Assembly: GCA_949471785.1 (NCBI GenBank) | Contig: CASWRE010000005.1 | Span: 13,342-77,341 of the forward strand | Direction: 5' to 3' | Source: an uncultured Lachnospiraceae bacterium | GTDB lineage: Bacteria; Bacillota; Clostridia; Lachnospirales; Lachnospiraceae | Length of the DNA stretch: 64,000 bases | Shown here: positions 1 through 9,640 of the stretch, in pieces | Layout of the letters: the number at the start of each line of letters is the position of its first letter | How positions within the stretch are numbered: the first letter of the stretch is position 1 | Notes under the pieces: model-generated | What the model was told of the DNA's origin: nothing | The model's database searches: none | Seen by the model: only the letters and a program-made list of their open reading frames with translations | Translations under genes and position numbers: made by a program

Positions 1-749
1 TTCACAGGGAGACCTTCGACAGTTTTCTGATCATGCATATCTGCCGGGGAAGCTGTATGGTGAGTCCGGGGGACGGCATTTTCCGGGCCCAGGCAGGACA
101 GACGGTGCTGCTGGACTGCTACCGCTCCCATGCCTACTATTCGGACGGAAGAGAGTGGGAAGCTTTGTGGGTGCATTTTGACGGCCCCATGAGCCGCGGG
201 TATTACGAACATATCACGGAAAAAGGCGATATCGTCCTTTCCCATCGGAACCCGGCGGAATTTGTCTCGGAGCTGTACCGGCTGTATGAGCAGTTCCGCA
301 ATGGGGAGCGGATCAAGGAGGTGGCGATGGCCGCGCGGATCACAAACCTGCTGACGGCGCTGTCTCTTTCCGGGGAATCGGCCTCTGAGAGGGAATCCTA
401 TTCGGGGATGGTGGAGGCCAGCGTGGCTTATATCCGGGAGCATCTGTGTGAGGAAGGGCTGTCCCTGGAAACGCTGTCCCGCCAGGCCAATCTGAGCCTT
501 TACTATTATACCCGCCTTTTTAAGAGGGAAACCGGTTTTACGCCCCATGAGTATATCCTGCGTTCCCGCGTGAATATGGCGAAATATTTGCTGAAAAGTA
601 CCAGGCTGTCCGCCAAGGAGATCTGTTTTCGCTGCGGCTTCCGCAGTGAGAGCGCTTTCTGCCATACTTTTCGCAAGTGGGAGCAGGTCACGCCGGGGCA
701 GTTCCGCAGGACCGGTGATCCTGCGGACAGAAGAGAGGGCGGAAGGTAA
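1..749 (+). CDS. AraC family transcriptional regulator (5' end probably lies outside the window)
   Basis: The frame of ORF 33..749 stays open back to base 3 with no stop. It has a cupin-like N-terminal part (EALWVHFDG) and a C-terminal AraC HTH (YYYTRLFKRETGFTPHEYILRSRV ... SESAFCHTFRKWEQVTPGQFR). Confidence 0.85.
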   Translation, partial: HRETFDSFLIMHICRGSCMVSPGDGIFRAQAGQTVLLDCYRSHAYYSDGREWEALWVHFDGPMSRGYYEHITEKGDIVLSHRNPAEFVSELYRLYEQFRNGERIKEVAMAARITNLLTALSLSGESASERESYSGMVEASVAYIREHLCEEGLSLETLSRQANLSLYYYTRLFKRETGFTPHEYILRSRVNMAKYLLKSTRLSAKEICFRCGFRSESAFCHTFRKWEQVTPGQFRRTGDPADRREGGR

Positions 750-2572
750 TGGAAAAAAGTATAAAAGCGATAAAGGGATATTTTTATAAAAAGGGTATCA
801 CCGAGAGGATTGTTTTTGTGATCTCCGCTTTGATGATCGTCACCACGGCCTGTTTTATCGGCAGTGTATTTTTTATTCTGGAAAAACAGCTGGTGGATCA
901 GACGCAGTCGTCGGTGAAAAAGGATCTGGACATGGTGCTGGAGAAGATGGATATGTTTTTCCAGGGGGTGGAGAATGACGCGGTTTCGGTCCTGGTGGGA
1001 GAGAGCTGCCAGACTCTTCTGGGTAATTCGGATCAGTTTCTTTCCGGCGATATCATCAAGCAGCACGAGAAGTATATGCTGATCCAGCAGGTATTAAACA
1101 GCTATATCGGGCAGAAGGGCGGCTACGGCGCGATTGCTTTTTACGATCTGCGGGGAAACTGTTATGTAAATGAGAGTCTGGAATGCTCGGGAGAATATGG
1201 CGGACGGCAAATGGCGCGAATCGGGGATTTTCTGGCATCCGACAGGCAGAAGGATATGCTGGAACTGCACAAAAGTCCCTGGAAAAAGGCGCGGGACAGA
1301 GACTATGCGGACTGCATCAGCTATGTGCGCAAGGTATACAGTATGGACAGCGGCAGGCTGATCGGGACGGTGGAGATTGAGATTCCCAACAGCGAGGCAG
1401 TCCGCCTGTACGAGACGGTGATGAGCGGCGATATCCGGCTGTATTTTGCCAGCGGGGGCAGGATCATCCTGGCGGGGGATGAGGAGCTTTTGTACCAGGA
1501 GCTGGGAGAGAAATCATGGTACAGGCGGACGGAGGATAAAGTCGGCGGCCGGGACGGATTTTTGATGACGGAGGACAGGGAAGCCTGGTATGTGCTGAAA
1601 GATTATGACGGGCAAAACTGGACGGTGATCAGTGAGGTGGCGAAAGCGTCTTATATCCGGGCGCTCGTTCTTTACGGGATCGGTCTGGTGGGGCTTGGCA
1701 GCCTGATCTTCATGGCCAGCCTGTTTCTGGTGCGTTTTCTTGTGACCTCCATCACCAGGCCCCTGAGCCGGATCACCGAGACCATGGTGGAGATCGGTCG
1801 GGGCGATTACGACAAACGGGTGATCGTGAAGGACGGCGGGGAGATCGGGACTCTGGCTCTGGAGTTCAACCGGATGGTGGACAAGACCCGGGCGCTGATG
1901 CAGGAGATCGTTGACAAGGAGGCGGAAAAGCGGGAGTCGGAGCTGTCCCTGATCCAGATGCAGATGACGCCCCATTTTTTTTATAATATTCTTGAGAGTA
2001 TCTGCGGCTTGATCGTGATGGATGAGAAAAAACTGGCGATGCATACGATCCAACTCCTGTCAGGATTCTACAGGGGGGTGCTGAACAAGGGAAAAGAAAT
2101 CATCACTGTGAAGCAGGAACTGGATATTGCCGTCAATTATCTGGAGATTATGAAGATCTGCTGTCCGGAAAAATTCACCTATGAAGTCTGCTGCGGGGAG
2201 GAGCTCTGGCAGAACCACATATGCAAGCTGACGCTGCAGCCTCTTCTGGAAAACGCGATCCATCACGGTTTCCAGGATATGGAGCGGGGAGGGCGACTGT
2301 TCATCCGAATCCGCAGGGAGGCGGAGGGCCTGATTATGGAAGTCGAAGACAACGGAATGGGCATCGACGCTCTCACCCGGAAAAGGATCATGGTGGGGGA
2401 ACGGCAGGGATTCAGGATGGAAAGTTTCGGACTGCGCAATACGGACGAGCGGATCAAGCTGTATTTCGGAAACAGCTATGGATTGGAAATCCTGCCCCGG
2501 CCTGTGGGGACGTTGATCCGGATCGTGTTGCCGGACAGAAGCGACAGTACGGTTTTGCCGGAGGGTCAGTGA
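749..2572 (+). CDS. Sensor histidine kinase, YesM/LytS-type (HAMP + His_kinase + HATPase_c)
   Basis: N-terminal TM segment and sensor region; HAMP (ITRPLSRITETMVEIGRGDYDKRV); H-box QMQMTPHFFYNILESI; ATPase boxes LLENAIHHG, DNGMGI, GLRNTDERIKLYFG. The start overlaps the araC stop (TAATG). Confidence 0.9.
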   Translation: MEKSIKAIKGYFYKKGITERIVFVISALMIVTTACFIGSVFFILEKQLVDQTQSSVKKDLDMVLEKMDMFFQGVENDAVSVLVGESCQTLLGNSDQFLSGDIIKQHEKYMLIQQVLNSYIGQKGGYGAIAFYDLRGNCYVNESLECSGEYGGRQMARIGDFLASDRQKDMLELHKSPWKKARDRDYADCISYVRKVYSMDSGRLIGTVEIEIPNSEAVRLYETVMSGDIRLYFASGGRIILAGDEELLYQELGEKSWYRRTEDKVGGRDGFLMTEDREAWYVLKDYDGQNWTVISEVAKASYIRALVLYGIGLVGLGSLIFMASLFLVRFLVTSITRPLSRITETMVEIGRGDYDKRVIVKDGGEIGTLALEFNRMVDKTRALMQEIVDKEAEKRESELSLIQMQMTPHFFYNILESICGLIVMDEKKLAMHTIQLLSGFYRGVLNKGKEIITVKQELDIAVNYLEIMKICCPEKFTYEVCCGEELWQNHICKLTLQPLLENAIHHGFQDMERGGRLFIRIRREAEGLIMEVEDNGMGIDALTRKRIMVGERQGFRMESFGLRNTDERIKLYFGNSYGLEILPRPVGTLIRIVLPDRSDSTVLPEGQ

Positions 2573-2647
2573 TCCGGCGCGTTAAGGCGGGAGAGGCTGC
2601 GGCATGGTTTGCCGCGGACAGCGTAAATCCTGTGGAAAGGAGAGGGG

Positions 2648-4243
2648 ATGTTTCGTGTAATTCTTGTAGACGACGAATTGCTGGTCAGGAAACGGATACT
2701 GCTGGGGTTTGACTGGCGGGCTATGGGTTATGAGGTGATGGACGATGTGGGGAGCGGCGCGGAGGCCCTGCGTCTGCTCAGGGAAAAGCGGTACGATCTG
2801 GCTGTCGTCGACATTGCCATGCCGGGAATCAACGGTATTGAGCTGGTGAAAAGGCTCCGTGAGGAAAAGATTGAAATTCCCGTAATCTTTTTAACAGGGC
2901 ACAGTGATTTTACTTATGCCAGGCAGGCGATTACCTACGGCGTCAGCCATTATATATTGAAGCCGGTGAATGAGGCGGAATTTATCGGCGTGTTGGGGGA
3001 TCTGTATGAAAAGCTGACCCGGCAGCAGCGAGAAAAGATGCGGCAGGAAGCGCAAAACAAAAAGCAGCAGACAGCCCGGCTGATCGTGGAGTCCAATTTT
3101 TTCAGCGAGCTTTTTCATTATGGATTTGCCCTGGGCCGGGAGGAAGAGATCCGGGAAAAGGCCGGGGAGATGGGGGTGAATACGGACTGTGATTACCGGA
3201 TCGCCGTTTTTATGATCTGGAGATACCGCAGAGAGGATCTGCCACTGGAGGGACGCTATCGGGATCTCTATGCGGCGGGCCGGGAGGCCATGGGAGAGCA
3301 GGCCGGTTTGACGGTGATCTGCGACTTGTTCGACCAATCCTGCATCGTATTCCGGGAGTGTGCGCCCGGGGAGGAGGAGCGGCAGGATCGGGAACTTGCC
3401 CGCATGCGGGAACTTCTGGCAGGGCGGCTGTCCACCCAGGTACACTGCGGCGTGAGCGCCCGGGGAAGGGGAACCGGGCAGCTTGTCAAAACGTATAAGG
3501 AGGCGGTAAGCGCTCTAAATAATACAAAGATTTTCGCGGAGGACATTCTTGCTTATGAGACCGTCGCCCGGGAGACGGAGAGCCGCTATCAGGTGTCTGC
3601 GGCCAAGATCCGACATGTACAGGCCTGTGTAGGCAATTGTGATAAAGCGGGCTGTGAGACGGCGGTGCGGGGTATTTTTTCTCATATGAGGGAGAGTAAG
3701 TGTAATTACGAGAGCATCCTGCAGAATGCCCAGCGGCTGCTTTTGGGCATATCCGAGGCCTGTGCGGTGTCCGGGCTGGAATTGCGCTGGTTCATGGGAG
3801 AGTACAGAAGCCTGGACGCGGCTTTTGAGCATATGGCGTCCCTGGGAGAGGTGACGGCATGGTTTTGCCGCATGACGGGGGATCTGATCGACAGCCGCTC
3901 TTTCCGGGCCGGAGGGGAGCGCAGCCTGCCGGTGGTGCAGAAAGCCTGCCGGTATATGCAGCAGCATTGCGGGGACGCCGATCTGACCCAGGCCGAAGTG
4001 TCCCGGCAGATGGGAGTGACGGCGGCCTATTTAAGCGCGGTATTTAAAAAGGATATGGGGGTATCCATGACCCGGTACCTGACGGCGATCCGTCTGGAGC
4101 GGGCCCGGGAGCTTCTGGCCGGAGAGGGCGTGGAGGTACACCGGGCGGCGGAGCTGGCAGGATACAGCGACGAATATTATTTCAGCCGCTGTTTTAAAAA
4201 ATACTATGGTATTTCCCCATCCCAGGCCAGGAGGAGAAAATAG
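2648..4243 (+). CDS. Response regulator with AraC-type output domain (YesN-like)
   Basis: Receiver motifs ILVDDE, DLAVVDIAMPGINGIEL, VIFLTGH, ILKP. C-terminal AraC HTH (AAYLSAVFKKDMGVSMTRYLTAIRLERARELL ... DEYYFSRCFKKYYGISPSQ). Confidence 0.9.
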   Translation: MFRVILVDDELLVRKRILLGFDWRAMGYEVMDDVGSGAEALRLLREKRYDLAVVDIAMPGINGIELVKRLREEKIEIPVIFLTGHSDFTYARQAITYGVSHYILKPVNEAEFIGVLGDLYEKLTRQQREKMRQEAQNKKQQTARLIVESNFFSELFHYGFALGREEEIREKAGEMGVNTDCDYRIAVFMIWRYRREDLPLEGRYRDLYAAGREAMGEQAGLTVICDLFDQSCIVFRECAPGEEERQDRELARMRELLAGRLSTQVHCGVSARGRGTGQLVKTYKEAVSALNNTKIFAEDILAYETVARETESRYQVSAAKIRHVQACVGNCDKAGCETAVRGIFSHMRESKCNYESILQNAQRLLLGISEACAVSGLELRWFMGEYRSLDAAFEHMASLGEVTAWFCRMTGDLIDSRSFRAGGERSLPVVQKACRYMQQHCGDADLTQAEVSRQMGVTAAYLSAVFKKDMGVSMTRYLTAIRLERARELLAGEGVEVHRAAELAGYSDEYYFSRCFKKYYGISPSQARRRK

Positions 4244-4457
4244 GAGGCAGCCCAACCTAAAATATTTACCAAAACAGAATAAAACATTACATGGTGTAAA
4301 AACAGAAAATTGCGTATGATAAAGCCATCAACAGTACTGTAGAAAAGAAATGAATGCAAGGGTGAAAAAATTTGAGCAGTCACAAAGCAGCAAAGTGACG
4401 AGGCGTAACTGTGGGTTTATGCGGCAGTTACAACGAGGAAAAGAACGGGAGGATATC

Positions 4458-5861
4458 ATGCGTAAGAAAATAATGAGTGCAGTATTGGCTTCTGCGATGG
4501 CAGTGTCACTTTTGGGCGGATGTTCGGGCGGCGGCGCTCAGTCGTCATCCCAGGCGGCGGATCAGCCGGAGAGCAGCCAGGCGGCCGGGGATGCGGGAAG
4601 CGAGGCGGCTTCTCAGGCGGCGGCTGAAGGCGGAGAGAAAGTGAAGGTGCGTATCCTGACCAGGTACAGCAATCCGGACAGTGTGCGTGAACGCTATTTT
4701 ATGGACATGGTGGCAAAATTCCAGGAGGAGAACCCGGATATCGAGCTGGAGGATGTGTCCATCTCCGACGAGAATTCCCGGGATACGCTGTTTAAGACGT
4801 CGGTCGCTTCCGGAGACCCCATTGAGGTATTTAATTTCCTGGGCTATGCGGCCAATCTGGATTATGTGTCAAACGGCGTGGTGACGGATATTTCCTCACT
4901 GATTGAGGAGGACCCGGCGTGGACAGAGAAATATATCGACGCCCTCTTTGCTCCGGTGGATTATTCGGCCTACGGTGTGGAGGGAACCTACGGGCTGCCC
5001 ACGGCGCCCTATGGTGTGTGCTGCTTCTACAACAAGACGATCTTTGACGAGCTTAATATGGAGCTTCCGGAAACCTGGGAGGCCATTGAAACGGCGGCCC
5101 CCAAACTGATTGAGGCGGGATATACGCCGATGGCTTTCGGGGCGAAGGACAATTACCGTGCGGGACATTTTCTCACGGCTCTCTCCATGAAATACTATGG
5201 CGACCAGCTGAAGAATGACCTGATCGCCGGAGATAAAGCATGGAACGGAGCGGAGACTTTGGGCCTGATCGAGAAGATGCAGGCATGGCAGGAGGCCGGA
5301 ATCTTCGGCGATAATAATCTGGCCTACGACGCCAACGGGGAGCTGGCCAAGCTGGAGAATAAAGAAGCGGCAATCATTTTCAGCGGTTCCTGGAATATCG
5401 CGACGATCAACGAATTTGCCAATGCGGGGGATATCGTCTGCAAAGGCTTCCCGTATTTTGAGGAAAAACCGGAGTTCAAGGATGAGTGGATGGGCGGCCC
5501 GGATGATTTCATGGCCATTTCCTCCAAGCCCGGCGACCCCGATTATGACGCCACGGTCCGCGTACTGAAATATTTCACTTCCCAGGAATACTATGAAGGG
5601 ATGTACGAGGCCCAGTCCGGCGCGGGCACCTACCCGGTGAAATTCGATGAGACCATTGAGGCGGACGCGCTGACTACGCAGTTTAATGAGTATTACAATA
5701 AGGCCACGAATATGATTGGGGAGATCGAACAGTTTTCACCGATGACTTCCCTGATGGACGTGGTGCGTACAGAGGTGACCACGATCTTCTCCGGGGATAA
5801 GGGGCAGGCGATCGCCGACCGTATCCAGGGTGAGGTGGACGCTTATGGCGCCGGGAGCTGA
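4458..5861 (+). CDS. ABC transporter extracellular solute-binding lipoprotein (sugar type)
   Basis: The internal ATG at 4458 is preceded by GGGAGGA. Lipoprotein signal MRKKIMSAVLASAMAVSLLGGCSGG, followed by a Ser/Ala/Gln-rich linker and an SBP_bac_1-like body. The upstream extension to 4350 was rejected. Confidence 0.85.
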   Translation: MRKKIMSAVLASAMAVSLLGGCSGGGAQSSSQAADQPESSQAAGDAGSEAASQAAAEGGEKVKVRILTRYSNPDSVRERYFMDMVAKFQEENPDIELEDVSISDENSRDTLFKTSVASGDPIEVFNFLGYAANLDYVSNGVVTDISSLIEEDPAWTEKYIDALFAPVDYSAYGVEGTYGLPTAPYGVCCFYNKTIFDELNMELPETWEAIETAAPKLIEAGYTPMAFGAKDNYRAGHFLTALSMKYYGDQLKNDLIAGDKAWNGAETLGLIEKMQAWQEAGIFGDNNLAYDANGELAKLENKEAAIIFSGSWNIATINEFANAGDIVCKGFPYFEEKPEFKDEWMGGPDDFMAISSKPGDPDYDATVRVLKYFTSQEYYEGMYEAQSGAGTYPVKFDETIEADALTTQFNEYYNKATNMIGEIEQFSPMTSLMDVVRTEVTTIFSGDKGQAIADRIQGEVDAYGAGS

Positions 5862-5924
5862 TTGCCCGGGACGGCTGTCTGGAAAATGGCACTGTAGGTA
5901 GAGAAGACATGTAACTGTCCGGAG

Positions 5925-6002
5925 CGGGGGATTCCGCTGCAGGGGAATCCCCCGGTTCTATGAGAATGACAGGTTTGCTGATGGCGGGAGATTTTCTCCC
6001 GC
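5925..6002 (+). other. Two intra-operon stem-loops between the SBP and permease genes
   Basis: cgggggattcc (5925-5935) pairs with ggaatcccccg (5944-5954). gcgggaga (5984-5991) pairs with tctcccgc (5995-6002). There is no long U-run, which fits partial terminators or mRNA stabilisers after a binding-protein gene. Confidence 0.5.
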
Positions 6003-6026
6003 TATAATAAAAAGGAGGTGCGCGTC

Positions 6027-6929
6027 GTGTCCGGTGTGATGAGCAGGAAGAAGAAAGTAGAAGCCCTGCTGCTTAGCCTGCCCGCGTTTTTGCTGTATTC
6101 GTTCATTTTTATTTATCCGATGGCTTCCGTGTTCCGGCTATCCTTTTTTAAATGGAACGGTATCCCCAATTCACCGCTGGAGTATGTGGGATTAAAAAAC
6201 TATGTGGCGCTGTTTACGGACAGGCGGTTTTTTACGGCGCTGACTAATGTGGGGATTTTCATTTTGTCCGGCTGTATCCTGATCCTGCCGGCGGCCTTTT
6301 TTCTCGCCACAGTGATCCAGTCGAAAATGAAGGGAAAAAGACTCTTAAAGACCAGTTATTTCATGCCCCAGGTCATCAGCCGCACGGCGATCGCCCTGAT
6401 GTGGTATTTCCTGCTGTATCCCGAGGGCGGTCCTCTGGCTACTTTGATGGAAAGCCTTGGCTTTACCGATGTCAATGTGAACTTTCTGGGCAGCCAGACT
6501 TTTGCTATCTATGCGATCACCGTAATCAATGCCTGGACTTATGCGGGCTTTAATATGCTGATTTTCTCGGCGGGACTGACGGCCATCCCCGAGGATGTGT
6601 ATGAAGCGGCCCGGGTGGACGGGGCCCAGGGCTGGCAGAAGCTGCGCTATATTACGATACCCATGCTGAAAAGCAGTTTTCAGATTTTCCTCTTAAACTG
6701 CGTAGTCGGTTCCATCACCACCTTTGAGATGGTGTATGTGACCACCGGCGGCGGCCCGGGCAGCGCATCGGAGGTATTCGGTACGCTGCTGTACAAAAAT
6801 GCCTTTACCTACAATAATTACGGGTATTCCAATGCGATGGGTTCCTTTTTGATCGTGGCTTCCTTCCTGGCTAGCGTCCTTTTGACGGGGCTGTTTTCCA
6901 GGGGAGAGAAAGAGCAGGTGGCAGCATGA
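6027..6929 (+). CDS. ABC transporter permease (MalF/UgpA-like)
   Basis: Multi-TM protein with the EAA-type loop (EAARVDGAQGWQKLRYITIPMLK). The in-frame GTG at 6027 lies 8 nt after AAGGAGG; alternatives are 6018 and 6039. Confidence 0.85.
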   Translation: MSGVMSRKKKVEALLLSLPAFLLYSFIFIYPMASVFRLSFFKWNGIPNSPLEYVGLKNYVALFTDRRFFTALTNVGIFILSGCILILPAAFFLATVIQSKMKGKRLLKTSYFMPQVISRTAIALMWYFLLYPEGGPLATLMESLGFTDVNVNFLGSQTFAIYAITVINAWTYAGFNMLIFSAGLTAIPEDVYEAARVDGAQGWQKLRYITIPMLKSSFQIFLLNCVVGSITTFEMVYVTTGGGPGSASEVFGTLLYKNAFTYNNYGYSNAMGSFLIVASFLASVLLTGLFSRGEKEQVAA

Positions 6930-7753
6930 AGAAATTAAAAGTGGGAGATATCCTGTACCGTGTACTGGCGGTGTTCTTTTTCCTGATTTTTGTGTATCCG
7001 ATCTATTTTACCGTGGTTTCATCCTTTAAAAACAACACTGAGATCTGGAACACCATGTTTGCCCTTCCTTCCCATATCGAGTGGAGCAACTATGTCTCTT
7101 CGGTGGCGGACGTGGGCATACTGCGGGCAGTGCTGAATTCCTTTATCTTTTCCTTCGGCGCCTGCCTGGTGGTGGTGGTTTTTGTGACGATGGCGGCCTA
7201 TGTGGTGGCGCGGAAGCTCCTGCGTTTTTCCGGGGCGCTGAGGCTGTATTACCTGCTGGGGCTGATGATACCGCCCTATGCCATGCTGATCCCGGTGGTG
7301 ACGATGTTTACCGAGCTGGGTTTCCGGGATAAGTATTGGCCGATGATCCTTTTGTACGCCGCGGTGAATTTTCCTATGAGTTTTTATCTCATAACAGGCT
7401 GCATCGAAGGGGTCAGCAGGGAACTGGATGAGGCCGCTATCATGGACGGGTGCAGCACCACGGGCATTATTTTCCGGATTATTTTTCCGGTGGCGAGCCC
7501 GGGTATCTTTACCGGTGCGATTATATCGTTCCTGGCGGTCTACAATGAGCTGATCTTTGCCAACACATTGCTGACCAACCAGGCGATGAAGACAATCTCC
7601 GTGCGGCTTTTAGGGCTGCAGGGGGAGCGGTTTACAAGCTATGGGCCTATGTTTGCCTCCATTGTGCTGTCGATCCTGCCGATCCTGGCGGTTTACCTGC
7701 TGTTCCAGGAGAAAGTGGAGGGCGGCATCGCGGCGGGGGCCGTGAAAGGATGA
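6926..7753 (+). CDS. ABC transporter permease (MalG/UgpE-like)
   Basis: Overlaps the upstream permease by 4 nt. EAA loop DEAAIMDGCSTTGIIFRIIFPVASPG; six predicted TM segments. Confidence 0.88.
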   Translation: MKKLKVGDILYRVLAVFFFLIFVYPIYFTVVSSFKNNTEIWNTMFALPSHIEWSNYVSSVADVGILRAVLNSFIFSFGACLVVVVFVTMAAYVVARKLLRFSGALRLYYLLGLMIPPYAMLIPVVTMFTELGFRDKYWPMILLYAAVNFPMSFYLITGCIEGVSRELDEAAIMDGCSTTGIIFRIIFPVASPGIFTGAIISFLAVYNELIFANTLLTNQAMKTISVRLLGLQGERFTSYGPMFASIVLSILPILAVYLLFQEKVEGGIAAGAVKG

Positions 7754-8166
7754 GTGATATGGTACGAAGTACGTCATTGCAGCATATCGGTATTTTGGTG
7801 CCCGACGCGGAAAAAGCGGCGGACTGGTACTGTGGGAAATCGGATTTTGAGCGGCGGGCCGAATTTATGAGCCAGGGCAGCCGGGTGGTATTTGTGTATT
7901 CTCGGGGCACGGGAGTGCTGTGCGAGTTGATCCAGCGCCCGGCGGGCAGCGGAGAAGCCGCGGATATTGAGGAAAACGGCGCCAGGATCGACCACATTGC
8001 CTATGAGGTGGAGAACCTGGAGCTGGAATTTGCCCATGCGAAAGAGGCGGGCATGGATATTATAGAGGGGATTGTGGATATTCCCGAATTCTGGGACAAT
8101 GGTTTCCGCTACTTCCTGGTCAGGGGAGCCGGCGGAGAGAAGGTAGAATACTGCCGCGTGGTATAA
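7750..8166 (+). CDS. VOC (glyoxalase/bleomycin-resistance/dioxygenase) family protein
   Basis: 138 aa. N-terminal LQHIGILVPDAEKAADWY and HIAYEVENLE metal-ligand-type motifs. ATGA overlap with the permease stop. Confidence 0.7.
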   Translation: MSDMVRSTSLQHIGILVPDAEKAADWYCGKSDFERRAEFMSQGSRVVFVYSRGTGVLCELIQRPAGSGEAADIEENGARIDHIAYEVENLELEFAHAKEAGMDIIEGIVDIPEFWDNGFRYFLVRGAGGEKVEYCRVV

Positions 8167-8183
8167 AAACGGAGGTGAAGGAT

Positions 8184-9518
8184 ATGAAAGCAAGAGTGGT
8201 GCCAATGCAGTTTGCTGGGGCGTCGGATCAGGAATTTTACCGCATTCTGAACGCGCTGAAAGAGATCTATAAAGACGAAGTGGAATTTCTGGAGCCGGTG
8301 GCGGTGGGGCAGCCCTGTCCCGATGCGGACGCCGTGCTGTTTCCGGTGCTGTGGGTGGAAGTATATAAGGATATGGAGGCGCTTCTTAAGACGGTTCATG
8401 TGCCGGCCGTCGTCCTGACAACTACTGTGGGCGTATCGCTGATGTTTGACTGGGAAGCCGTTGCCTATATGAAGAGTAAGGGACTTACGGTATTCAATCC
8501 CCACAGCGTAGATCTGGCCAAGACGGTTTTTAAGGCGTTGGCCCTGAAGCGGGAGATGAAGCATCAGAAATTCCTGGTGTTCCACGACACGCCGGGGGAC
8601 GGCCTGATCCCGGAGCAGTTCAAGATTTTTTACTGGTGGAATGAGGAATGTATCCGCAGCATGAAGGAGAAGTTCGGTATCACCATCGTACATAAATCCT
8701 ACAAGGCCCTGGGCGAGCGGGCAAGGGCAGTGTCCGACGAGGCAGCCAGGGAGGAAATGAAGCGTTTCTCCATCCACGAGGAGGTCCCCTACGCCCGTCC
8801 CGTGCTGGCGGCGGTCAAATTGTTCATCGCCCTGCGGGATGAGGTGGACGAGGAGGGCGGCGTGGCAGGCTGCGGCGTCAACTGTCTGAACGAGGCGTAT
8901 TTCTGTGATACCACCCCCTGCCTGGCCTGGAGCCTGCTCTATGAAGAGCGGGGGATTATGTGGGTCTGCGAGAGCGATACATCCTCGCTGATGACCCAGT
9001 ATCTGCTGGGGAAAACCATAGACGCTTCGATTTTCACCACCAATATCTATCCCTTCCTCTCGGGTATGCCTGCCCTCTCCCATGAGAAAATACAGGAGTT
9101 CCCCGACGTCCCCGATCCGGACGACCATGCCCTTTTGGTGCATTGCGGCTATCTGGGCTGCATCCCCCAGTGCATGGCCTCCCGCTGGACCCTGCGCCCG
9201 CCGGTGCTGGGCTGGCACTCCTGGGATCTGGTGGGGGAGAACGGCGTGGCCGTGGACGCGGAGGTGGAGCCGGGGGATGTTACCCTGTGCAAGCTCCACG
9301 GCGATTTCGGTACAATCTTTGTGGAGAAGGCGAAGCTGGAGGAATACGTGCAGTATCCGGGTTCGGACTGCCGCAACGGCGGGCTGATCCGGGTGGCCGA
9401 CGGCTACGATATGATGGAGCGCATCTGTTCCCACCATGTCATCGTCCTGACCGGGAAGAGGAGTAACCAGATTAAGGCCCTGGCGGAGATTTTTGATCTG
9501 CGGACGGATATCGGATAA
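8184..9518 (+). CDS. Putative sugar isomerase of the L-fucose/L-arabinose isomerase-like superfamily (specificity unknown)
   Basis: The ATG at 8184 lies 8 nt after GGAGG. It is about 444 aa and co-transcribed with the sugar ABC genes. The overall pattern (GCGVNCLNEAYF..., VCESDTSS, HCGYLG) resembles the fucose-isomerase-like fold. This assignment is by eye only. Confidence 0.45.
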   Translation: MKARVVPMQFAGASDQEFYRILNALKEIYKDEVEFLEPVAVGQPCPDADAVLFPVLWVEVYKDMEALLKTVHVPAVVLTTTVGVSLMFDWEAVAYMKSKGLTVFNPHSVDLAKTVFKALALKREMKHQKFLVFHDTPGDGLIPEQFKIFYWWNEECIRSMKEKFGITIVHKSYKALGERARAVSDEAAREEMKRFSIHEEVPYARPVLAAVKLFIALRDEVDEEGGVAGCGVNCLNEAYFCDTTPCLAWSLLYEERGIMWVCESDTSSLMTQYLLGKTIDASIFTTNIYPFLSGMPALSHEKIQEFPDVPDPDDHALLVHCGYLGCIPQCMASRWTLRPPVLGWHSWDLVGENGVAVDAEVEPGDVTLCKLHGDFGTIFVEKAKLEEYVQYPGSDCRNGGLIRVADGYDMMERICSHHVIVLTGKRSNQIKALAEIFDLRTDIG

Positions 9519-9540
9519 AGGAAATGAGAGAATTGTAAAA

Positions 9541-9585
9541 AGCAGCGCTTCATCCTGCCGGGATGAGAGCGCTGCTTTTGGCGTA
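9541..9585. terminator. Hairpin terminator between convergent genes
   Basis: agcagcgcttcatcc ... ggatgagagcgctgct, followed by tttt; lies between the isomerase-like gene (+) and the Uma2 gene (-). Confidence 0.6.
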
Positions 9586-9640
9586 TTTGAGATGCGACCG
9601 AGCTGCGTCGGCGGTCGTGGGTTTCGATTTTGCCGCAGGG

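Noticed and set aside
4350-4457. N-terminal extension of the solute-binding protein ORF (MNARVKKFEQSQ...).
   Set aside because: The extension has no signal-peptide character and no RBS. The internal ATG at 4458 has GGGAGGA upstream and starts a canonical lipoprotein signal.
9596-9640. tRNA-like T-arm fragment (ggtcgtgggtttcgattttgcc) that could be an att-site remnant.
   Set aside because: The flanking bases do not form a 5-bp T-stem or an acceptor stem, and there is no CCA or D-arm. The resemblance to GGTTCGAATCC is too weak to call.
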